Shown here one piece after another: positions 16,870-24,750 of a stretch of 24,750 nucleotides of DNA. The stretch is taken from contig JBOFUV010000041.1 of the NCBI GenBank assembly GCA_051652765.1, forward strand, positions 1 through 24,750, read 5' to 3'. The stretch comes from Microcoleaceae cyanobacterium. Its GTDB lineage: Bacteria; Cyanobacteriota; Cyanobacteriia; Cyanobacteriales; Microcoleaceae. How positions within the stretch are numbered: the stretch's first letter is position 1; each line of letters starts with the position of its first letter. The translations under genes and the position numbers were made by a program. The notes below the pieces were generated by a model. The model was given only the letters and a program-made list of their open reading frames with translations, was not told where the DNA came from and ran no database searches.

Positions 16870-19800
16870 ATGACCCTTGCCACCATCGACGATCAAGCCT
16901 ACGAATTTTTTGTTCAGGAGTCCCTAGAGTTACTCCAGATTCTAGAGAAAGGGCTCATGACCTTGAGCCAAGACCACGACCTGGCAAAACTGCACAGCTT
17001 AATGCGGGCCGCTCACTCGATCAAGGGTGGGGCAGCCTGCGTGGGACTGATGGAGATTCAACAAATTGCTCACCATTTGGAAAATGGAATTCGGGTGCTG
17101 TACGCAGAAGACACGGTATTTGATACCGAGCTAGAAAATCTACTGCTGCAAGCCTTTGACCATCTGCGATCGCCCTTAGTCGAACAAATTGAAACGGGTC
17201 ATTGCAATGCAATCCAAGCATTAAAACATTCTCAGCCAATTTTTGCTCAACTCGAAGTCAAAGTGAACCGTCCCTTGGAGGATGCAGCGGAGTTACCTGA
17301 AGTGCCCATGGAAACGGATATGACTCTGTTTCTATTTGAGGAGGAAATCTCTGTTGGCCTCAGGCGCTGGGGCGCTTTGCTGTCAAACCCAAAACAATCG
17401 ATGCAGAAAATTCAGGAAGAACTGAAGAGTCAAGCAGAGGTGTTTGGCACCTTGGGCAAGATGTTGAGCCTGTCGGGATGGAGCGCGATCGCTGATGCTG
17501 CTCTGCAAGCCTTGGAAACCAATCCGCAGTTTTATCCCGAAATTGGCAAGCTTGCTCTTGCAGACTTCCTCGTTGGACAGGAGGCCGTTTTGGCTGGGGA
17601 TCGGGAACAGGGAGGCCAACCCAATGAGCTGTTACTAGAACTCGCCAAAACAGCAACGACGGTCAAACCCGATATTTATTCAACGATTACCCAATACAGG
17701 CAACAAGTTGAGCAGCAGCAGGCAAACCCTACCCAGCCCCGAGAGAACACACTAGAAACTAAAGTCTTAGAAACTAAAGCGTTCAAGACTGAAACCTTGG
17801 CAGATAAAACTCAAGAATCCGCCTCTCTCTTACTGCCGAATTCTTTCAACTTTGAGCGTTCAGAATTGGAGCCTGCAGAATTTGAATTGCACCCTGTTGA
17901 ACCCCTACTACCAAATGCTCAACAGAGTCCTCAACTCACTACTCAGCCCAGTATTCAGGCTACAGATTTAAACCAAAATCTCCAAGAAAACTGGCAAGAA
18001 GATTCACAAGATTTACACCTGAATTCACGGCAAGACCTACAAGAAGACTTTCAAGAAAACTTTCAAGAAGACTTTCATAAAGGTTCACATGAAGGTTTAG
18101 CTAAAAACTTAGAAGAAGACTTGCAGGAAGTCTTGCAAGAAGACGTACAAGAAGACATAGAAGAAGATTTATGGGAATTTTCGCAACACACTTTACAGCA
18201 AGTTTCCACATTAAATACTCAGCAATTGTCCCAGGTTGAAACTCGGGTTTCATCTGAAATCCTAGATGGAACCTTGATAAATTCTTCGAGTTTGGTGGGT
18301 CAAGATTCTGCAGCTAATCTTCAAGATAACCTTCAAGAAAATCTTGAAAAGAGTTCTGAAGAAAACTCTGAAGCAAGCCATAAAACTCTTCCTCAAGACA
18401 GCGTTGAAGACAAGTCAAAATCTCCCAACATTGTGCTTGCTCAAAGTTCTCCTACGGCTCAACTAGCTTTGGGAGTTCGGATTGATCTGAGCCATCTCGA
18501 TTTGATTAATGACTCAGTGGGGGAACTAGTGACTCAGGACAACAGCTTCTTTCTACAAAATCAAACTGCCCAAACTGTAGTAGAAACTCTGGAAAAAAAT
18601 CGAGTCAAGCTGCGTCAATATTTAGCTAGACTACAATCTCAATTGGGCAAAAATTCCTCAAAAAATCTAGAAAAAACAATTCACAATTCCTTAGAAGAAT
18701 TAGATCAAATTCAGGAGTCAGTCTATGACTTAAAAGTCCTCAATTTACAAAATCGACAGGTCACAAAAAAAAGACAGCAAACGCTACAAAAAATCCAGAA
18801 ATCTCTGGCAGAAACTCGTATGGTTTCAGTCATGGCCGTATTAAATCGATTTCCCCGAATGGTGCGAGATCTGGGAATCCAAAATCAAAAACAAGTTGAA
18901 CTAGAGCTAAAAGGAAAGGAAACCCTATTAGATAAAGCTGTTCTAGAAAAACTGTATGATCCATTAGTTCATTTAATTCGGAATGCATTTGATCATGGCA
19001 TTGAGCCTCCGGAAATTCGGATGCAAGCCGGAAAGCCTCCAGTTGGTAAGATTACAATTTATACCTATCAACAGGGTAACTACACGTATCTGGAAATTCA
19101 GGATGATGGTCAGGGAATTAACTTGGATAAAATTCGCCATAAAGCGGTTGAGAAGCAACTGGTTTCAAGTGAAGATGTCAGACGCTTGTCCAAAGATCAG
19201 TTATATGAATTGCTGTTCTATCCAGACTTTTCGACTCAGAATCAAGTCAGTTATTTGTCAGGAAGAGGGGTTGGGTTAGAAGCAGTTCGTCATCAAATCG
19301 AACTTTTGAAAGGAAGTATTTCTATCCAGTCAGAAGTTGGTCAGGGAACAAAATTTATCCTCCGACTTCCCTGGATGCTAACGATTGCTAAATTATTGGT
19401 ATTTGAGAGTCAAAATTCCTTGTTTGCCATTCCTTTGGACACCCTGGCGGGAGTTGTTTCTGCATCATTGGATGAACTTAAAGGTCAAGATGGACAGGAA
19501 AAATATGATTGGTATGGACAATCTATCCCATTGGTTCATTCAATCCTTGTGGATTATCAGTATTCCAATCCTTATAATCAGACCTCCATCCAAACTAATC
19601 CTTCTCAAAAAGATAATTCTCAGAATAATGGTCAGAAAAACAATGCTCAGAAAAAACTAACACTTCTATTAATTTCCCAGGGGTTAGATACAGTTGCAAT
19701 CAAGATTGATCGAGTGATCATGGAGCAAAACTTGATGATTAAACCCTTTAACAAAATTCTGAAAGTGCCTGCCTATTTGTATGGTTGCACAACCCTAGGA

Positions 19801-20325
19801 GATGGTCGCCTTGTTCCTGTGATTGATAGTCCTGAACTGTTAAATTATTGGTCTCAGCAGGATCAACTTGTCTCTGGAAAGTTGGATTTAGTTCCGCCTC
19901 AGGTTCGACAAACCTCTGCCAGCTTACCCACTATTCTGATTATTGATGATTCAATCACAACTCGTCATTCTTTGGGGTTAACTTTGCAAAAAGCAGGCTA
20001 TCAAATTCTACAGGCTCAGAACGGACAAGAGGGATTAATACAGCTTCAAAAACATCCTCAAATTCAGATCGTCATCTGTGATTTAGAAATGCCTGAGATG
20101 AATGGCTTTGAATTTTTAAGTCACTGCCGTCGTCAGTTTTCCTCAGAACAACTTCCAGTTTTGATTCTGACTTCTCGCAATAATGAACGCCATCGTAAAC
20201 TTGCTCACGAGCTGGGGTCAAATGAATATTTAACTAAGCCTTGGATTGAACCCGATTTAATTGAGACATTGAACAATTATCGAGTTAAAGATCGTAAAGT
20301 TAGCAATGGTAAAGTCCATCATTAA
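16870..20325 (+). CDS. cheA: Hybrid CheA histidine kinase (Hpt, dimerisation, HATPase, CheW, REC), PixL-like
   Basis: LMRAAHSIKGGA (Hpt His), LYDPLVHLIRNAFDHGIE, DDGQGI, SGRGVGL, GQGTKF, CheW domain (GCTTLGDGRLVPVID) and REC (IIDDS..ICDLEMP..LTSR..YLTKP). Confidence 0.95.
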   Translation: MTLATIDDQAYEFFVQESLELLQILEKGLMTLSQDHDLAKLHSLMRAAHSIKGGAACVGLMEIQQIAHHLENGIRVLYAEDTVFDTELENLLLQAFDHLRSPLVEQIETGHCNAIQALKHSQPIFAQLEVKVNRPLEDAAELPEVPMETDMTLFLFEEEISVGLRRWGALLSNPKQSMQKIQEELKSQAEVFGTLGKMLSLSGWSAIADAALQALETNPQFYPEIGKLALADFLVGQEAVLAGDREQGGQPNELLLELAKTATTVKPDIYSTITQYRQQVEQQQANPTQPRENTLETKVLETKAFKTETLADKTQESASLLLPNSFNFERSELEPAEFELHPVEPLLPNAQQSPQLTTQPSIQATDLNQNLQENWQEDSQDLHLNSRQDLQEDFQENFQEDFHKGSHEGLAKNLEEDLQEVLQEDVQEDIEEDLWEFSQHTLQQVSTLNTQQLSQVETRVSSEILDGTLINSSSLVGQDSAANLQDNLQENLEKSSEENSEASHKTLPQDSVEDKSKSPNIVLAQSSPTAQLALGVRIDLSHLDLINDSVGELVTQDNSFFLQNQTAQTVVETLEKNRVKLRQYLARLQSQLGKNSSKNLEKTIHNSLEELDQIQESVYDLKVLNLQNRQVTKKRQQTLQKIQKSLAETRMVSVMAVLNRFPRMVRDLGIQNQKQVELELKGKETLLDKAVLEKLYDPLVHLIRNAFDHGIEPPEIRMQAGKPPVGKITIYTYQQGNYTYLEIQDDGQGINLDKIRHKAVEKQLVSSEDVRRLSKDQLYELLFYPDFSTQNQVSYLSGRGVGLEAVRHQIELLKGSISIQSEVGQGTKFILRLPWMLTIAKLLVFESQNSLFAIPLDTLAGVVSASLDELKGQDGQEKYDWYGQSIPLVHSILVDYQYSNPYNQTSIQTNPSQKDNSQNNGQKNNAQKKLTLLLISQGLDTVAIKIDRVIMEQNLMIKPFNKILKVPAYLYGCTTLGDGRLVPVIDSPELLNYWSQQDQLVSGKLDLVPPQVRQTSASLPTILIIDDSITTRHSLGLTLQKAGYQILQAQNGQEGLIQLQKHPQIQIVICDLEMPEMNGFEFLSHCRRQFSSEQLPVLILTSRNNERHRKLAHELGSNEYLTKPWIEPDLIETLNNYRVKDRKVSNGKVHH

Positions 20326-20359
20326 CGCACAGGAACTGGGTAAAAGTTGGTATCAAAAA

Positions 20360-20827
20360 TTAGTTAAACAGTTCCAAACATTGCTGAAACCATTGTTGAG
20401 TACTATCATTAACTTCAGTTTGATTGAGAGGATGGGGAAATTCCTCAAGACTTAAGGCTTCAATGGCAACATTCATCTCCCATCCAGACTCTGTTTCCCC
20501 GATCATCGGATAGGCATAGGTGAGGTTTTGAATGCGATCGCCTGCAATTTCATAGTCTCCTTTGAAACACGCTCCGATATCAGAATTTTGCAGATAAACT
20601 AATCCCCGAACTTGATTGTTTTTATCCGTTTGAAATAGGATGTACTCAGCCCCAACTTGGGCCGCTTTTGGCACATTCCCGCGAAAGCTCAGGCTTGTGT
20701 CAGCACGGGTTACAGTTGGCTTTGTTGGAAGTCCCTGGGCCTGCTGAGGAACCACCGTTAATAGACTGAGGAGAGTGATTGCACCAGTGATTAAAGCGCT
20801 AGATTTCCGGAGATTCGATCGGTTCAT
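20360..20827 (-). CDS. Conserved cyanobacterial hypothetical protein with signal peptide
   Basis: From ATG 20827: MNRSNLRKSSALITGAITLLSLLTVVPQQAQG (Sec-like signal); QVGAEYILFQ..VRGLVY..ACFKG core; C-terminal Cys. Confidence 0.75.
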   Translation of the reverse strand: MNRSNLRKSSALITGAITLLSLLTVVPQQAQGLPTKPTVTRADTSLSFRGNVPKAAQVGAEYILFQTDKNNQVRGLVYLQNSDIGACFKGDYEIAGDRIQNLTYAYPMIGETESGWEMNVAIEALSLEEFPHPLNQTEVNDSTQQWFQQCLELFN

Positions 20828-21101
20828 GGTTGTACCCTCTTTCAATTCGAACTTCACAGTTCGCAAATGTTAACGGCAATAAAATGCTCAAAACTTGTCT
20901 GGAAAAGTCCCTAAGAGCAGAGTCTTTGCCAAGTTGAGCAAGAGAATAAAAACCGTGATACTTTCAACCACAGTTTCTATTCCTAGAATTCCCGATAAAT
21001 ACCATCAGATCATCTGTCGCCAAGGATAAATTCCTGCCTAAGTGATCCTAGGTTTTGTCACTGAAAATTGCTGTAAATCCTGCGCTTAATCACACCTGCG
21101 C

Positions 21102-21683
21102 TTAATCACAGTACAAAGTTTCACGGGTATTCCGTCCAGTTGTTGGGTTTGTTCCACTCGCAACCTTGCAAAGCTTCAGCAACAGATCTTTGCGAAACAA
21201 CACATCTGTAAAATCTGCCCCTTCAATATTGGCATCGGTAAAGTCAGCATTATAAGCATAGGCTCCCTCCAAGACTGCATTCTTGAGATTGGCTCGAAGC
21301 AGGCGAGCAGCATCTAGGGTCGCATTGGTCAGGTCTGCTCCTTCTAGGTTCGTATCCTGCATTTTTGCTCCAAACAGGCTCACTCCTCGCAGGTTTGCCC
21401 CACTAAAATTACTGCCCTGAAGACTAGCAAAGTTGAATTCCGAATCGGTTAACACTTGCCCAGAAAAGTTAGAATTCAGCATTGTGCGCTTTTCGTAGTT
21501 CTCTGCCTGAACCGGTAAAGTCTCAAACCCGCTCAAGCCAAAGAACAGAATCAGCACTAGAGCTAAGCCAATGATTCTGAAGCGTTGAGGCATCCTGAGG
21601 GTTATCCTCTGGCCTGAGTTTAACGAATTGTGACGAAGATTTTGTCGAAGATTTCGTCGAAAATCTCGCGCTAAGACTTTCAT
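21102..21683 (-). CDS. Exported/thylakoid-lumen pentapeptide-repeat protein
   Basis: Hydrophobic signal ending PVQA, pentapeptide repeats, and C-terminal LCKVASGTNPTTGRNTRETLYC two-Cys motif. Alternative start ATG 21593. Confidence 0.9.
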   Translation of the reverse strand: MKVLARDFRRNLRQNLRHNSLNSGQRITLRMPQRFRIIGLALVLILFFGLSGFETLPVQAENYEKRTMLNSNFSGQVLTDSEFNFASLQGSNFSGANLRGVSLFGAKMQDTNLEGADLTNATLDAARLLRANLKNAVLEGAYAYNADFTDANIEGADFTDVLFRKDLLLKLCKVASGTNPTTGRNTRETLYCD

Positions 21684-21923
21684 AGATCAGGATTTGGGGA
21701 ATGAAGAGTTCAACGAGCAACAGAAACAGACTATTTTTAATCCTGCTTCTATCCTACAGTGGATTTTGCTAGTTTTAGATAGGCATAAGCAACTATGATT
21801 GCTAGATTGTCAATTTACAATGCCTCAGCCGCCCAAAGGATTACTCCTTGGGTTTGTTTTTACTGAAAGCGGGGTTTGGGGACTGAGTCCTCAAGCAGGG
21901 GTGAAAGAACGTTATCTCATTTC

Positions 21924-21961
21924 ATAAAATGATTTATAAAATATTTTATAAATCATTTTAT
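21924..21961. repeat. Perfect 38-bp AT-rich palindrome
   Basis: ATAAAATGATTTATAAAATATTTTATAAATCATTTTAT equals its own reverse complement. Confidence 0.95.
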
Positions 21962-22062
21962 AAATCATTTAAAATTGCTATGTGAGCAATCTAAGAAAAA
22001 TCAGTAAAATCAAAATGGGCTGTTATTTACGGCAAGAGTTCAACGGGTTCAGACTCTGATTC

Positions 22063-22079
22063 GTAACATTTGATACAAT
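22063..22079 (+). promoter_or_regulatory. Putative NtcA box overlapping an extended -10 element
   Basis: GTA-ACATTTGA-TACa (22063-22077); TGn-TACAAT at 22071-22079. Confidence 0.55.
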
Positions 22080-22098
22080 CTATTCCGAAACACCGCCA

Positions 22099-22566
22099 TT
22101 GAAACCGCCATTGAAAAAGTCTTTTAAACGACTCAATATTCTTACAAAAGATGAAAACTTTGTCCTTGCACTCGAGCAAGTTCAAGTTATTGTCTCCAAG
22201 ATCCTCTCCCTAGCAATGGTTGCGTTAATCCTTGCAACAACAGCACATTTGATTTTATTTCTGGGTAAGGAATTGTTATTTGATCCGTCTTTACTTTTTA
22301 AAGGTAAGCTCTTTGAGGTCTTTGGACTTTTTCTTAATCTTCTCATTGCCTTAGAAATTCTGGAGAATATCTCATCCTACCTGACTAACCATGTGATTCA
22401 GGTTGAATTGGTGATTGTGACTTCCCTGATCGCAGTTTCTCGGAAAATTATTATTCTAGATTTAGAGAAAACTACTGGACTAGATATCATTGGATTGGCG
22501 CTAGCAATACTTTCTCTTTCTATCAGTTATTGGATTATTCGGAGGGCATCAAGTCATCATGAGTAA
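22099..22566 (+). CDS. Phosphate-starvation-inducible PsiE-family membrane protein
   Basis: Four hydrophobic helices; FGLFLNLLIALEILENI..VELVIVTSLIAVSRKIIILD motif. TTG start (22099 or 22111). Confidence 0.88.
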   Translation: MKPPLKKSFKRLNILTKDENFVLALEQVQVIVSKILSLAMVALILATTAHLILFLGKELLFDPSLLFKGKLFEVFGLFLNLLIALEILENISSYLTNHVIQVELVIVTSLIAVSRKIIILDLEKTTGLDIIGLALAILSLSISYWIIRRASSHHE

Positions 22567-22631
22567 CTTCAAGCCAGTAACTTCAAGCCAGTAACTTCAA
22601 GCCAGTAACTTTAAGTCAGTAACTTTAAGTT
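22562..22631 (+). repeat. 14-bp tandem repeat x5 spanning the PsiE stop codon
   Basis: AGTAACTTCAAGCC x3, AGTAACTTTAAGTC, AGTAACTTTAAGTT. Confidence 0.95.
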
Positions 22632-22649
22632 AATCTTCTCACCTGAACC

Positions 22650-23189
22650 ATGACAGATCATTCTAAAACAATACATTCCGAAACAGAACACTTTGCAACA
22701 GAACACTTTGAATTCGAAGCAGATTTTGTTGAGTCTCTACGCTGCATTCCAATGAATGTTCGTTATAAGCTAGACACCTGTGGCATCAAACTAAAGCTAG
22801 AGCATTGGCATCAGTTTAGTCATGAAGATCGGCAACACTTAGTCGAACAATTGGTCGAAACACCAGAGTCAGTTCAAGCCTATCGAAACCAACTACAGAA
22901 CTTAGCAGAACGTTGCAGTAAGGCTCCACTGCAAGATTTGCCCATCGATCCCCATCCTCCTTGGAAAAACCAAGAAGAAGTTCCAGAAAGCGTTCAACAA
23001 AAAGCAATGGAACTAGATGTTGAAGTCACTTTGGAAGACTGGAAAAACTTAACTTTCATTCAACGTTTTGCCCTAATCAAACTGAGTCGCCCCAGCCATG
23101 AAAATCGTAATTTCCTACCTGCAATGCAGGAGTTTAGACTAAAGCCTAACCTAATCAAAACTAATCAATTAAGCCCTTTGGAGGATTAA
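22650..23189 (+). CDS. narM: Nitrate reductase-associated protein NarM
   Basis: [58 protein letters not shown] family signature. Confidence 0.9.
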   Translation: MTDHSKTIHSETEHFATEHFEFEADFVESLRCIPMNVRYKLDTCGIKLKLEHWHQFSHEDRQHLVEQLVETPESVQAYRNQLQNLAERCSKAPLQDLPIDPHPPWKNQEEVPESVQQKAMELDVEVTLEDWKNLTFIQRFALIKLSRPSHENRNFLPAMQEFRLKPNLIKTNQLSPLED

Positions 23190-23808
23190 CTTCAATTCGG
23201 TGCTGCTCGAAATCAACAACAGGAACTATCTCTTTTACAAATGGGATTAAAACAGTCTGTTTGCGGTCAGGTTTCCGTTTGATCTTGGCTTTTTTGCGAG
23301 AGGAAGTTTGAGCAACTTTGGTCTCTAAGTTAGACTCCAAATCAGACGGATTGAATTGAGGAATCTCTAATACTTCGGGTTCAATTTGATGGGCCAATTC
23401 CACCTCTAAAAGGTTATTCCCCGCAGGAATCACATTGATCACCTTGCCAATCACTTCTCCAGTCACTTGATTCCAAACCTCTAAATCAATCAAGTCAATC
23501 ACGTAAAATTCATCCTCCTCCAGGTGAGGGCGATCGCTCTCTGTCACAAATAGCTGACTGCCTTGCAGGGCTTCGGCTTGATTTCGATCTTCAATTCCAG
23601 CAAGCTGGACAACAAACATCGTTTTCCCTGGAATACAGCGTCCTTGAACTAATTCAACAGGCTGTGGCTCCAGTTGACCCGGTTTTTGCAGCCAGCGCCA
23701 CCCGGGTTCTAAAAATCGCTCTGGAAAGTCTGTGCTGGGCAGAACCCTAACTTCCCCTTTTAATCCTTGTGCTGCAACAATTTGACCAATCTCAATCCAT
23801 TCAGGCAT
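23161..23808 (-). CDS. rimM: 16S rRNA processing / ribosome maturation factor RimM
   Basis: [76 protein letters not shown] 23808 preferred (alternative 23832). Confidence 0.96.
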   Translation of the reverse strand: MPEWIEIGQIVAAQGLKGEVRVLPSTDFPERFLEPGWRWLQKPGQLEPQPVELVQGRCIPGKTMFVVQLAGIEDRNQAEALQGSQLFVTESDRPHLEEDEFYVIDLIDLEVWNQVTGEVIGKVINVIPAGNNLLEVELAHQIEPEVLEIPQFNPSDLESNLETKVAQTSSRKKAKIKRKPDRKQTVLIPFVKEIVPVVDFEQHRIEVNPPKGLID

Positions 23809-23888
23809 GATATGATTTCTACGTTTTAGCATTCATTAACCAACAAATTCGTGAAGCATCACCCTCACATTTTGCGCTGCTTTCATCT

Positions 23889-24750
23889 ATGAATATTACA
23901 ATTCTATCTGCGATCGCTATTGTTTTTCTTCCTAGCCATCCCATTCTTGCTTCCAATTCCCTGATATCGGCACAGAATAAAGTTCAGCAACAAGACACTT
24001 CAGTCACAAATGAAGTGCAAAGTCACATTCGCGCCGAAGTCCAGCAAACCTTTCATGCTACCTTTACGGTTCTCAGTCTGTTGTTAGTTTTGTTGCTCTT
24101 TTTACCCACAATTACAGCGATCGCGGCCTGGTTTCTGTTAGCTAAACTGGCTCAAAAATCAGCCTTGGCCCAGCAAGAAATTGAAAGTTTGAAAATAGAT
24201 GTCCTATCTCAACTTGAAACATTGCTAGATGACGCTAAAGCAGTTTTATTAACGGCTCAGCTTCCACCTGTCATTTCAGAAGATATTTTCCCAGAAACAA
24301 ATGGTCACTCACACATTTTACAGCTTGATTTAGTTCAAATTCTTTCTCAAGCTCTTGAACCAGATGTTGAACAGGAGATTGAAGAAAACCTTGAATCAAA
24401 TCTTGCTCAAGCTGACTGTAATCAAGCCAAATTATCAGGGGACTCTCCGTCAGATTTACTATCAGAATCTGTGCAGTTGAACCCTGCTCAGCCTGAACCT
24501 TCAAAATTGGCAAGAGATTATGTATTGCAAGCAGAAAAGTTCTTTCTGTCTAATCAGTTAGAAGCAGCTATTGATGCCTATAATCAAGCTATAAAGTTTG
24601 ACCCCGATAGTCCTGAAACCTGGAACAATCGAGGTGTTGTTTTGATTAAACTACAGCGATATCACGAAGCAGTTGCATCCTATGAACAAGCTATTCAAAG
24701 GCGCACAGACTATGCAGATGCTTGGAACAATCGAGGTGTAGCCTTAGGAA
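23889..24750 (+). CDS. Membrane-anchored TPR-repeat protein (partial, runs off right edge)
   Basis: Manual translation: MNITILSAIAIVFLPSHPILA.. TM segment VLSLLLVLLLFLPTITAIAAWFLL.. TPRs AIDAYNQAIKFDPDSPETWNNRGVVL, AVASYEQAIQRRTDYADAWNNRGVAL. Not in the ORF track because there is no stop in the window. Confidence 0.9.
   Translation, partial: MNITILSAIAIVFLPSHPILASNSLISAQNKVQQQDTSVTNEVQSHIRAEVQQTFHATFTVLSLLLVLLLFLPTITAIAAWFLLAKLAQKSALAQQEIESLKIDVLSQLETLLDDAKAVLLTAQLPPVISEDIFPETNGHSHILQLDLVQILSQALEPDVEQEIEENLESNLAQADCNQAKLSGDSPSDLLSESVQLNPAQPEPSKLARDYVLQAEKFFLSNQLEAAIDAYNQAIKFDPDSPETWNNRGVVLIKLQRYHEAVASYEQAIQRRTDYADAWNNRGVALG

Larger units (their letters stand above)
3316..24124. repeat. HIP1 octamers (GCGATCGC), dispersed
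   Basis: Seen at ~3316, 5424, 6526, 6692, 13517, 14033, 15841, 16468, 17166, 17485, 20534, 23530, 23910, 24117. This is a cyanobacterial hallmark. Confidence 0.9.

Noticed and set aside
13510..19660. Small alternative-frame or antisense ORFs inside the MCP and cheA
   Set aside because: Fully nested in long, well-supported genes and lacking independent coding signals.
10170..20325. Absence of cheR/cheB as a novelty
   Set aside because: Normal for cyanobacterial PatA-CheY-CheW-MCP-CheA type IV pilus taxis operons.
22562..22631. Possible CRISPR array (also 11582 and 16752 repeats)
   Set aside because: Units are 13-14 bp, directly abutting with no spacers, and no cas genes are present.
24271..24513. 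80-aa minus-strand ORF (also 22816-23007 and 21523-21720)
   Set aside because: Antisense or out-of-frame to the TPR, narM and pentapeptide genes.

Overview
Cyanobacterial chromosomal window (about 14 HIP1 GCGATCGC octamers). Left to right: (1) a giant minus-strand surface/adhesin-type gene, missed by the ORF track and running off the left edge (>=1935 aa: DUF4347, SdrD-B-like domains around a probable beta-propeller, at least 5 GEVED modules, recent 900-bp duplication), preceded by a canonically spaced NtcA-type promoter; (2) an HhoA/HtrA protease; (3) an unannotated truncated Hsp20/hspA remnant; (4) a pentapeptide-repeat protein; (5) a pix/tax-type operon (PatA, CheY, CheW, MCP, hybrid CheA); (6) a secreted hypothetical protein, a lumenal pentapeptide protein, a PsiE-family gene, narM, rimM and a partial TPR membrane protein. 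The most striking element is the MCP. It appears to be a soluble PixJ derivative that lost its TM/periplasmic module by in-frame deletion. It carries five tandem GAFs of different cyanobacteriochrome types (DXCF-CH, DXCF-CY, DXCIP-CH, DXCF-CY, and a Cys-less GAF with a 24-aa insert) and has a strongly diverged signalling tip. Many 12-16 bp micro-duplications and a dispersed GC-rich repeat (one copy in-frame inside a gene) are also present. Family assignments come from motif recognition, not database searches.
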